DNA from: Macrostomum lignano
Taxonomy: Eukaryota
Length of the DNA: 64,000 bases
Direction of reading: 5' to 3'
Assembly (NCBI GenBank): GCA_002269645.1
Contig: NIVC01003511.1
Coordinates: 30,374 to 94,373, forward strand
Position 1 is the stretch's first letter; the number at the start of each line of letters is the position of its first letter. Of this stretch, positions 49,653-62,176 are shown piece by piece. The position numbers and the translations under genes were made by a program. Under the pieces are notes generated by a model that saw only the letters and a program-made list of their open reading frames with translations, did no database searches and was not told the DNA's origin.

Positions 49653-51816
49653 GGTACCCGGTAAAATGCGGAATCCGCAACGGAATCGGAATGGAATAGT
49701 ATGGTAAAACGCGGAATCCGCAGCGGAATGGTAAACTGCGGAACGAAGTGCGGATTCCGCATATTAAAGTAAAACGCGGAATGCGAAAATGAAAAAAGTA
49801 AAATGCGGAATGAAAACTAACTGAATTATACTTTTATTCATCACCTTATATTTATCCTCAATACCTACCTTATCCTCATTATCCTCAATACCTACCTGCA
49901 GATGCTACCTGCTCAAAGCGTGCCGATAATCCCTTGAATCCTCAATACCTACCTTCTACCTGCTGATGCTATCTTCTTAGTGCCATAGTGTTTGGTGTTT
50001 ATCTGGCTATTGATTGGCCTTGCGTGTCGCATATATTTTAATTATAAATACTTTTGCATTCACAATCAGCGTAAGTCTTGATGGCTTGGCCATAAACTAA
50101 ACCGGTTGTATCTAAGGACCCACAGTACAGCAGCCAGAAGCGAAGCCTTTTTTAGTGAATTTCTGACGAAATGCGCTGGTTTTCTTTTCCATTCTTCAAA
50201 ACCACTGGTAGGGTCATTCGAAAATACTGCGCTATCGCACTCAGACAACTGAAGAAAATATGATTGTTCTTTTTATACACAATAACTTTAATGATGGAGT
50301 TATTATTATTTTTCTTTTGTATGTGAGAGCATATTTTGCTAAATTTTCCATCTTTTGGTTTCTAAATTTTTGTTGTAAAACACTGACGCCTTAATAATTT
50401 GATTAGACAATTTTGTATGACATTTTTTTGTGTTTTGCACAAGCTAAAATCCCTGCGCAACTGTAATGGTGATTATATTGTAAAGATTGTTTGGCTTAGT
50501 TTTCATGTATTGTATTCATCATCCTTATTGGGTCATTTACTATTTGGTTATGAGAGATTAGAGACTAATATCCGATGGCCATGGCACAATATATTCGACA
50601 AATAAGTTTTTGTTAGTATGTCAAACTACTAAAGGAAACAAAGTGACCTAAGCTAACTGAAAAAAGACAATTAGAATAATCTTTCGAAATAGTAACCAAT
50701 TCCTTTTTGGAACGACTACTAAATGACTACTAAAATTATGTTAAATCATGTTTGTGTGCTAAATTTACTGTCCATTCCATTTAAATTGTCAAAAAGGATC
50801 TAGTCTATAAACGTGGCTTGGTCGCTTTCTAGTTTCTTTTAGTTGGACCCTTGTCAGCAGCCTCCTAACTCGTGCACCAATCAAATTTGCAATGCACTTT
50901 TTTATTAGTTATTTAGTTTTTTGTCGACGTTTAACTAGTAATTACAGACTGCAGTCTTTTAGAGTTGGGTGAGGGAACTGAAATTGAAGCCAAGCTGATT
51001 ATGCTTGTGACTGATTAAAGCCTACGGCTGTTGTTCAACTGCTAGGCTGTTGTTTCGGGTCATAGTCACATAGAGGCTCTACTTGCACACCCGTAAAGCG
51101 GGTTGTTGTCGCCTGTAAACCCTCTTCGGAACTTAATCTCGTGGGCTTTGTCCACAGAAAAGTTAATGCATAGATTCAATCAAACAGTACATTTAGAAAA
51201 TTAGCTGTTAATAGTTGGTCGCATCAAAAAGGATGTCCAGGAAAGGGTTTTGCTTGTACGTTAGGTTCCCTTATAGCACATTTTGGCACTTGGAAGTCAG
51301 GCCAGGTCCATGCATAAGCACTTTTTAATATCATGATATATTGTGATAAACTGGCGCGGAAGCCTAGCGCAAGTGAGCATCATGGTAACACTTCCGAATG
51401 CATTTGCAAGATAGGCAAATGGAATATTTAAACATTTCTTGCAAAGAAATTTATTTCTGTATTTTTAGCGTATAATTATTTCCGAAAACTACACAATATG
51501 TTGTTAATATACATTCCGATGATAGAAACTTTATTTGACACTACAAAAAATCAGCTTCTAAATAAATTAAGCTATATATACATGTAGCTAGATAGCTATT
51601 TGTAGTCTTTAGTACATGTTTATATTGATGAATAAAAGTATAATTCAGTTAGTTTTCATTCTGCATTTTACTTTTTTCATTTTCGCATTCCGCATTTTAC
51701 TTTAATATGCGGAATCCGCACTTCGTTCCGCAGTTTACCATTCCGCTGCGGATTCCGCGTTTTACCGTACTTTTCCATTCCGATTCCGTTGCGGATTCCG
51801 CATTTTACCGGGTACC
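49653..51816. mobile_element. Non-autonomous Mutator-like (MULE) DNA transposon, 2164 bp, with 191-bp TIRs and a 9-bp TSD
   Basis: TIRs at 49653-49843 and 51626-51816 start with GGTACCCGGTAAAATGCGG. TSD GCCGCCATG at 49644-49652 and 51817-51825. No long internal ORF. Confidence 0.9.
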
Positions 51817-54072
51817 GCCGCCATGAGCTAAGATGCTAAGATCATTGCGCAGCTAATGCAACACAATATGACAATTTAGTAAATGCAGCATTGTCCAATA
51901 CTTAGATGATTTAGATTATGATTTAGATAATTTGGTTGTTTTTCTTGTAAGCTACAGATGATGATCTCAAATATGACGACTTTGGCTAGAACCAAATTTT
52001 TATAATAGTAATTTTCATGTCATATTTTTATTCTTTAAATGGTTAGGCTTATGCCTAGGCTTAGGCTACATGCTTTTATTTTTATTTATTGTTTTTATTG
52101 CATAGGCCTATGTGAATGTCTGCTCTAGTTATCCTAGTTTACTTGAAATTTTGCACTTTCACTTAAATGAATTTAAATTTTGAAAGTTCAAAATAAAAAT
52201 TTTCTACAATTTAGGCTTAGTTTTATTATTTTTGAATGTAGCTTGCCATAGTTAGGAAATAGGCATGTACACTAGATTAAAAATTTCTGGGGTAGGCCTA
52301 TACTCAAGAAATTTGGTATAGATGTTTGCATACAAAAGTGAAATCCAAAAATGTGGGATAAAATGGTAAAACAAGTTTGCAGACATTAAAAAGAAAGTAA
52401 AATATCTAAAAAAGCTTTCTAAAGATAGATAAGTCTTTAAAAATAGTTCTAGATATAAAGTAAAAAAATTGTTTTTATACTTTATAAGCCTATTGCTAAA
52501 TAAATGAGTAAAAAAGCACAAAAAAGCATTTTAAAATTTCAGGTTGTCCAATTTGCAATTTTTTGTTTCACTTTTTTCATTTATAAACAATTTATTTTAG
52601 CCTTATAGACCTTAGAGAAGGCTATGTTTTCACTAACTTACAAAACAAAAAGTATTCTGTATTTTTACTTTTTATTTTATTTAAATAGAAGAAATTTTTT
52701 TAAGGATTTCCAAGTTTTTCTAAAACAACATAAACTCATAAAAAATTATACTAACTTAAAGTATAAAGTTTACTAGCAAACATCTTTTTTTAAAAGTAAA
52801 TGTACTACTAATTCCTTTATGCAAAATAATCTTTAAGTTGTTTTCTTTCATTTAAATATCAACTTGTATAATATTAGTGAATATAATATGCCTATATTTA
52901 GACTTGAAATTTTTGGATAAAAATAGTATCACAAAATGTAAACCTGGCAAATGCTGGCACATTGGGTCAACAAAGCATCCATTGAAAAAAGCTAAGTCTA
53001 TCCTAGCTGCAAACTAAAAGATAAGGCCCAGAGCCTACAAGTCAGTGAGAAAAGTGTTACCCAGAATGGTGCAACATGCTTGGCTCTAGCAGTCTCCCAC
53101 AAAGTGGGCTAAGCAGCAAGTCAGTATAGTAACTTTGAATATTTAATGTTGGCATTAGAAATTAGCTACAAAACAGCTTTTTAGTGGGATTGCTTGCTTG
53201 TCAATATATAGAGGTAATAGTTAATAAATATTTAATGTTGCTAACAGAAACTTCTAGAGCAATATATAAATGAATCCACTGAGATGGCAGTGATGTTCAG
53301 ACTTAAAAGGCTAAGGTCAATAACTTCTTTCCTGGAGCAAAGCTTCTTTAACCTGGTCTATTAAGCAACTAATTTTTGATCAGTGTAGCCATTGGCAACA
53401 ATTGTAATTCTAGCCAGAGTTCAGCAGAACAGTGGTCTTGGGGGCCAGCTTAGCTAAATCGGATCCTTGGAGAACCCAAGGGAATAGTTGCTAAGTTGAT
53501 GATATAGTTGCATGACTTATCCTCCTTGAAGTACAATAGCATATATATATTATATTGTTTTGTCAGACTAGGGAGATGTTAGGTCTTTAGACTATTAGGC
53601 AGGGAATGTACTTCATAGTGCTTGTTGGAGCTGAATCTCAACTTCCAAGGCTTCTTGCAATGCTCATTTATAGTTTCAATGCAGAATGGCTAAAAATATG
53701 GCTAAAAATATTTTTTGTATAATAAAATATAACAATGAAGGTTGTCAAAAGTGGGAACACTTTATATTCAAGCCAATCTTTCTCAAGGAAAGAAGCTTCT
53801 ATCTACCACAAGAAATTCTATTCTATAAAATAGAATCTAAGGACTTTCAACTTTCATACCAATAAGTAGTATCATTGCTAATAAGCAATTTGTTAAGTCC
53901 ATAAATGTGCAACATTTATCCAGCTAACTTGGCTGATCTACCTTTGAGATCTTCCCTAATCAGTAAATATCTCAAAGTTTTCTGAAAAAATATATCATTT
54001 TAAAGCCCTTTTAATTTGAAACTATATAATATATTAATTACACAATATTAACTACTATCAATTTAATAAGTT

Positions 54073-55353
54073 TGAAACTACAACTTAACTTAGATTTGAA
54101 TTGCATTATATTTTACAAGAAGGCTTGGGGCGAGAAACTTAACTGCGAGAAAGAACTGTAAAAGGAAATTAGTCTATGGTAATTTATGACAAACTGAGTT
54201 GCAAATAAAAAAGTACAACAAAATATCTATATGACTCCCCCCTCCAAATGCAAAACATGGGGAAAAGAGACTGTAACTGAAGTCAAAAATGGTGGGATAG
54301 CTCAATGATCAAAACAAATTAAAGTGGGTGGCAATGCAATCAAAAAATGTTTTATGAGAGGTCAAATATTAGAAATATTGAGAACAATGAGAAAAACAGT
54401 CAGTGAACGTTACATATTAGGTGGTTAATAATAAATGTAATCACTGTGCATGGGAAGATGAATGAAGCAAAATGAGCAAGTTGCATGAAGTGAAGTGCCT
54501 AAGGGGTGCTACTGGGCTGTCCTGTTGGACGCATTGTTGTTGGTGGGAAAGCTTCCTTGGTGCTGGGTTGTGATGGGAGGTGTTGATCTGGTTTGCGGTG
54601 TCCGGTCCTCTCGAGGTACTCCCTACGATGCTCCAGAAGGGCGGATTGTTGCGTGACCAGCGTGAACAGCTGAAGATGCCGAGTGCAGACAGACGACAAC
54701 CAGAATTGAGGGTACAACTAAAGTGGAACATCGCTCTGCGGCTGAGGCAATGCAGGTGGAATGCATGAGGAGAACCGAAAGCTGCTGATGCGGCCAGCCG
54801 TGATGCACCGTCAGGTTGTCATTGACCTCGTGGGAGGCTCATTATTTTGGCAACTCACCGACGGGATTGGCCGGGACTGGCGAATCGGTGGAAGTGTAAT
54901 GGTGCTGCTGACAATGGAAACTCGATCGAAGACTTTGATGAACCCATGTAGGCACATATAATTGGTTGTCGATGAGCTCCATGTCAGAAATCAGGTTGAA
55001 CTCTGTGGTTGCTATTAGTGATACTGCGTGGATGCAGATGTTGACGGGGTGATGGCATATGGCTACTGTGCACGGCAGGACAATGACATATGCGGTGCCA
55101 TGGTGATGGCGCTATGTACAGTGCATGTCATGGCGATTAGTGCAGCCCCCAGACGGGGCGCAGTTGAACTTAACGGTGCCTCACTGGACCAATTTGTAGT
55201 GAAACTACAGCTTAACTTAGATTTGAATTGCAATATATTTTACAAGGCTTGGGGCGAGAAAATTAACTGCAAGAAAGAACTGTAAAAGGAAATTAGTCTA
55301 TGGTAATTTATGACAAACTGAGTTGCAAATAAAAAAGTACAACAAAATATCTA
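54073..55353. repeat. Direct repeats of about 155 bp (54073-54229 and 55200-55353) flanking about 970 bp that includes a GC-richer decayed segment
   Basis: The two copies are near-identical apart from a 3-bp indel and a few substitutions. Confidence 0.9.
54440..55199 (-). pseudogene. Decayed non-LTR reverse transcriptase fragment (CR1/L2-like)
   Basis: Minus-strand pieces LIATTEF..MELIDNQLYV, FIKVFDRVS (cf. FSKAFDRV) and GVPR (cf. GVPQGS) occur in the expected order, with frameshifts. Confidence 0.4.
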
Positions 55354-58300
55354 AGTTATTTAGCTAAAAATCTGCCTTCAAAAGTATTAATAGTAAAAAT
55401 TTCACTCTTAAAACAATGATAGCAATGGAAGATAAGCCCATTAATAATATTTCTTTGGATGGTTGACTATCAATTAGAAGTTGGGTCATAATATCCTAGC
55501 ATCCTATAGGCTATAACCTAGTGGGATACATTGGATTTTGAAAAGGGAGAGGGATAACTTTTAGGTACAAAATGATAGACTAATAAAATGTTTTTTTGTA
55601 TTTTTTGCTTAAAGTATGCATTTAGAAAGTACCAAAACCATGTTTATTTGGCTAAAAAAACTTTACTTTGTTAAAATCAGAAAAAAAGCCAACAGATGTC
55701 TGTCCTGTTTGTAGCATTTTAGGAACTAGGGATTCATGGAAACATTGTTTAAAACATTGTTTATATTAATTTATAGGTGAAATAGGCCAATTTTTGCAAT
55801 TTTGCTAAGTCTAAGCTGCTTCATTTTGCATTTTTTTTTCAAAAAACCTAATGCTTGTTTCTTATAAATAATCAAAATAGGGGATATATCCCCATATCCC
55901 CTGTATTTATGCCACTGCCATAACCTAACCTTAAATATATAATTACATTATTCACCATTATCTATAATATCACCTAATTGACTTTAAAAGCAATTCATTT
56001 CAATATTGATAGGCCTATAGCCGTACATATAAAAAGTTAACATTTTTATCCTTGTTTTTATTTTATCCTTTAGAATTAAAAACCAACTTCATTCTTGGAA
56101 TTAATATCAAGTAAACATTAAAAATTATGCAAGATGACTAATATAAAAATACCAATAGTAATGGGCTCAATTTATGTATTATGTATTAAGAAAGATATGT
56201 CATTTGACACATTAAAAGTTCTCAAGGGAAGAAAGAGTAAGTAGGCGGCTTTAAGTATTTTTGCTATGATGCAAAAGCAAAAAATGGGCAAAAAGTATAT
56301 AAAAATCATGATCTTTAGCAACATGCATAATGCCATCATTTGATAATATTATAATTTGATAATATACTAGTTTTTTGATGCTTTCTAAATAATCTCTTAT
56401 TCTAAATTTGCACCATGCAAAGAAACTTAGCTTGTTGTTTTATTATCTGTAAATAAACAAAAAATAATTTGATTTTCAATTTGGAAAATACAATTCTAAT
56501 GTGCATAGAAAGAATCAATACAATATAGCTAAATATACTATTAGAATCACAAAAAGCAGCATCAATGCTATAATACAATTATGATGTACCAGATATGCTA
56601 AAAAGCAATAGACAAGTTCCAAGTTAAGATCCAAAACAAATACATGTTTTAAATTCATGCAATTCCAACAATATGGACTGACTTCTTGAATTTGTAGAAT
56701 TGAGCAGCAATTTATATAACATTAAATTGCTAAATATTTTAGTTCAATTTCAGTACTATTTGAAGCAAACTAGGAACCAATTTGCATAGAACACTCTAGA
56801 ACATGATTTGCATGGCATATTGAGATATGCATGGGGACAAACTTCCAAAGTCCGCCAATGTAATCCTAATAGAAAATACTTTGAAAGTATTGCCAAGTAA
56901 AGATATATTCAAACATGACAAACTTCCAAAGTCAGCCAAGGTAATCCCAACAGGAAATACTTTGAAAGTAGCAACCTACAAAGCTTTGAAAACTTTGTAA
57001 ATAATCAGATTATCCAAGTTAAAACATTTGTAACGAAGTATAGCAAAGTAGGAAAGTACCTACTTAATTAATGGTATTAATTTTTGCTTAAGGGTTTCCT
57101 TTACAGATAATTTGCATATTTGGTCACAATATAAATCACATATCAAGTATAAATTATGGGGATATGCATAGTATGCATTTGCATGATCATTATCATAAAC
57201 AGAAATTAATTAGACACCTATATTAATTAAAATAAAAATGCCAATATTAGGATTCTCAAGATTAATGCTGTTAACATTAATGAATTTAGTTCCCACTAGC
57301 AATCTAATGCCTCTCTTTAGGGTGCCCAATAAGCAATGAGCAAAAAATATTCTTGCAAATCCATCCAAAGCACATTTTCTTAAGAACTAATTCCTTTTTC
57401 AGTTTTATAAGCCACCTTATTTGAGTAAAATTTTCATGGACAAAGATGTTTGCTATGAATCTAATTTTTCTAAAAGTAACATAATGACAGTGAAATAAAG
57501 CTTTCACAAAGATTGCAGACATTTCCCCTAATGAGAAAACATCCCCAAGATAGCAAGCATCCCCCCCCCCCAGATAGCAAGCATTGCCTAGATATTTTCA
57601 CTGAATATTTGCTGATTTGAACTCAATTCACTTTAATTCACTTTAATCAATTCACTTTAATCAATTCACTTTAGTCAATCCACTTTAGTTTAATTGTTTA
57701 ACAAAAATTAGTCTCACGAAGAAAATTTATTCAGTAAGATTTTCATATCGATTTCCTTGCATTTCTACTTTAAGTAGTGTACTCAGCTTTCTTAAGTTTT
57801 TTGTTTGAATTCTCGTGTGCAATTATTTGCTCATTGCACTTAAGTAATCGTTTTATGTTTTTGAGTCAAGTTAATGTTACGAGCGTACATACCTTTTTAT
57901 TTTCTTAGTCTATATTCCTTCACAAATTACGAAAATATCATGCAGTGTACTCGTAGCTTTTAAAGTGCTTTTTAACCTTGTTTAATTTCGTGTCGCAAGT
58001 TTGTTGAGTGTATGAAGTCTCTGCACTTTTGGTCACAACCTCGAAAGTCCCCAAGACTAAAAGTTTACTCAACAACTTAAGATTTCGAGCTTAGAGTAAA
58101 TTTTTTCTCTGTACATCTAAGTGTAATCTGGTATAGCCGTTTTGCAGCTGTTGATTATTCAGTTAGCACTGGCGTTTTTGTGGCAATTATGATAATTTCG
58201 AGCTCTATTTATTACAGAAAAGCTATCTGAAATTGTTCCGCGACAAAAAATTCTATTTTCCTTTTCTAGACTGTAGGCTGAATAGTTATTTCTCCAATTT

Positions 58301-60074
58301 GGAAAATGACTGTTGCCGTGCCTATGACGGCTATGTAAAAGCGGCTGCGTTTCTTTGACTTAGTAAATTGGTAATTGATAGTTAGGGAAAATTTAATTAT
58401 CGTTTGATGATTGCGCTTCCCCCTCTGTCTGTGTGCCACCTGCTCTTTCTGTGCTGGAGAACAAGTCTTAGGATTAAAGCAAAGCGACAGCACCCTACTG
58501 GGGAATGGAGAATTGATACCCCTTCTGTAAACCTTTCTGTAAGCATTCTGTATTGAGTCCACGTCGCAGCTGAGCTTCAATGTACACTTGTACTTTTACA
58601 ATGTATTAATCTACCATGGCAACATAGTTACGTCGTATTAAAATTACTTCTACTGGTTACGGCACAACACCTAAACGAAACCAACAAGCGATGTATATTA
58701 ACGCAGTAAATCCGGGATCGCAAAAACCGGGATTTTGCAATCCCTATTCTAAAGTTTAGAGCTTGTTAAGTTCGAGCTGAAAATTCTTTTTTTCAACCAA
58801 ATCCCTTTTCCCAATAGCTTTATAGCTAGCTCTTATACCACTTGACTAAAATGGTTTTACAAGGCAAGTTTAGTTCAGCTGCGACTTCGCGACTTTATTT
58901 CTCGCCCGTCCTGAATCGATAGAAAGTGACTGCACTGGAAATGAAAGGTCGGTATACATTGTTAGGAAAGGTTTTCATTTTGTACTTTATTCCTTAAAGC
59001 GGATTGGCTGGCTAGATCTGTCAATACTCGTGTAAGGTCAGCGTACTTGCTAACTGGAGTTCTCTGGTTTGAGTGTGCTTGGGCCTTTCTCTTGCCCCAC
59101 ATTTCTCTGCGAGTGCACACTTTCATGTACTCTTTTCAAAGGTCTCATACATTCCGTCTTCATTTCCAGCAGTTTTCGGTAGTCAAGAATTAACTGGAAA
59201 GAAAGTTTCTAGGCATCATTCTTCACCCGCGCGTGCTCCCGTCCAGTCTGAATTGTTATTGGATTTTCGAGTGAAAAAATATCTATTCTTTTCGTTACCG
59301 TTACCGTCCTAAAAGACCTCTATCGCCCTACTATCCATCGCCCTACTCGCAGAGGAGTTTTAGGCACTCCACTAGGATTGTGTGCGCTGCGTTCCCTCCA
59401 TTTCTCTACCTACTCTATAAGCACTCGACGCGCCTGACTGATTCTCTCTCCGTACCCCGAACCCTTCCTCCCCTCCCTCGGGAGGTTGGTTGGTTTTCTT
59501 ATCTCAATAACGCTTTCCGATTAGAGGCATGGACGGGAGGACGGGCGGAATGGCAATTATTTGCAGGATTGGGGTGTGGGTCTATGGGGTGGGCTATAGG
59601 CTCTTCCATACCCCGGCCCCGCGGCTATTTTCGTCCTTAGTGCTCCTCCGCGAGCAAATGTACATTCTTGTGCAATGTACAGTGAATTCCCTTACCCACC
59701 AGCCTCCCTCTGTCCTGATAGATAGGCCTTTGCTTTAGGAGCCCAAATTCCCTTCCTATCCGATCTCTACGCTTTTCATATAATCCGTGTCAAGCCTCTT
59801 TACTCTACTTCCTTCGCTTCGTCCTCTCGCTGTCTTTTCACAAGCGATTTCAGCTTATAAAAGCGTTGGACATTTTTATTACCCCTTGAAAGAGTTTCAT
59901 AAGGAGTTGACCCCCATTGCTACACAACTGTGTACTCTGTTTTAGTGAGAGCGAGAGAGAGAAAGAAGTCGTCTCTAACCACCCCCCTATTTTAAATTAT
60001 TCTTGTTCAGTTTTTTTGAAATGCCAGAATTTATTAGACAGTAGATATAATTTATTTCCTTAATTGATTTGAGC

Positions 60075-62176
60075 ATGAGTAGCAAAGATAATTTAGAACC
60101 AGAAATTAACAATGGCAACGAGCCGATGGAAGCAACTGAGTCAGAATCTTTTGCTAGCCCAACTGAATCGCAATATCAACAGCAACCGTGTTTTCCAAGC
60201 TATCGCACTAGATATCAGCAAAAAGCAGCCAGTTGTAATGCTATCAGTCTCAGCAGCAGCAGCAACAGCAGCAGCAATACTAGCGTGGAAGCAGTTGCCA
60301 GTCAACAGCAACAACAACAGCAACAGCATCCACATCAGTTGAAAATCGATCACCTGTGTCGTCGATTACAGCAATGCCGCCGGCATCAAAGCCAAAGTCA
60401 GCTTCACCGTCAGAGTCGCAATAGTTATCATAACGGTGGCTCTGTTGGCGGCGGCAGCAGTGGCGCTAATCGCAGGCGCAGCAGCGCGATCTCTGCCAAG
60501 TCGAAGCATTGCTACTTGTCGCAATACAAAGTCGATAAAACTGCTTATTTTAATGGCGTCCTAGTTAGTGGACGATTGCCTAATAATAATTTCGTTGCAG
60601 CTAGCAGCAGCAGTAGAGGTTGCGGTCTCTGAACATTTACATTATCTTCTTGAGCACATTACCTAATTTTGCTTCTAGTTTACGTACGAGTCTATATGTC
60701 TATATGAATAGACACTCTTTAGAATCAAGCGCATAACATATTCTTAATGTTGCAATTTTGTTAATTCAGACGATACTCAAAAACGTGTTGTGAAGTGATG
60801 ACATTCAATATAGACTAGACTCTACACCTGACAACTGACTGTTAGTCTGTTAGTGTTGTGTTTTTGTTTTATTTAATATACTTGACGTCAATGCAATGTC
60901 TGCTTTTTAATCACTATTTCTAAAGTAATAATACATGTCATAAGAAATAACTTTCACTCCCGAATGAAGTAGATTTTGTCGGTGTACTTTTGTAATAAAT
61001 ATTCGTCACTAAATTCGAATGCAAAAAATTAGCATTAGTGTGTATAAATTTTATCATTGTATCGTTGCGTCTTTTTTAATTTTTACACAAGTTCGTTTTT
61101 TGTGTTTTACAGTAATCTTGCCCAATGCCCATGCCATTTATTTTATTCATGTAAATCATGTAAACAAATCTTTAAATATGCTGTAGTAAAAATGAACCTA
61201 CACTACTACAGCTATAGTAGTATTATTTAAGAGACGGCTATAAAAATTCATTTTAGTATATTGGACTAGCAATCCAGACCTCTTCGGGGGAACCTGTACC
61301 TTCTTTGAGGCTAATGTTTACCAAATGACCAAGTTGTTAGCCAGATACAGTGATTTCAGTCTCCTTTCCTCTTGAATTTGTGAAAAAGTGTTACATTAAA
61401 CTTGTACTTGTACATTACACCATTCAGCAGTGATGGATAATTGTCGAAGTGGTGATAGTAGTCAGATAGTGATATAGTGGTAGTAGTAGTCATATTAGAA
61501 TGCAGTAGTATAATCCGACCTAAACGTGATATTAGACTTGACTGAATTCTTAGACGATATGGCTTATCTGGGTTCTTCAGCGTCAGAATCAGAATACCAA
61601 ATTAAAAAAGGAAAATGCTGTCTTGTATCAGTCAAAAGGTTTAAAGTTACAAAGGCATCTAATGTATCCTTTACATTGCTAAGCCTCTCTGACTCAAAGA
61701 AGTTGCCTTGTGGAAGTCTTCAAACTCATTCAGTTTACAGATTACTCAAATTTGATTACGGATACGAGCTCTTTGTTTTGAAAAATCTATGTTCCATTTT
61801 TTTCAACTAAAATCATCTCTGTGGCACATTAATTTATTACACAGCCAGCTAAGAATGAAAAAAGTTATAATAAAACCAATGAGCCGAGCCGTGCCAATTT
61901 AATAGTTTTTAGGCATAGGAAATGAAATTGTGTGTAGAGTAGAAACATAAAATCCTAATTTTCTGAACGAAAAGTCTTATGAAAGTCGATAGAGCTATAA
62001 GAAAGGCAAGACACATCAAAATATGAACATTAGGTCTGTCTCCTATCGAGAGCAATAACAATTTATTTGCTGATTTTGTATGATTTTCTGTCAAAGTACA
62101 TTAAGCAGTACAAATAATGCATAATCTTGAAAACTTTTTTTTCAATTTCAGGCGCCAAAGTTTAGATTTCAGCTAA
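60075..62176 (+). CDS. Putative three-exon gene, S/Q-rich low-complexity protein of about 217 aa; join(60075-60618,61554-61638,62152-62176)
   Basis: GC-rich ORF with poly-Q and poly-S in an AT-rich background. GT-AG sites with compatible phases (1 and 2) give the C-terminus KKGKCCLVSVKRRQSLDFS*. Confidence 0.5.

Noticed and set aside
49644-49653. Perfect Kozak GCCGCCATGG suggesting the MULE inserted at a start codon
   Set aside because: The reconstructed empty site reads ATG AGC TAA, so there is no ORF.
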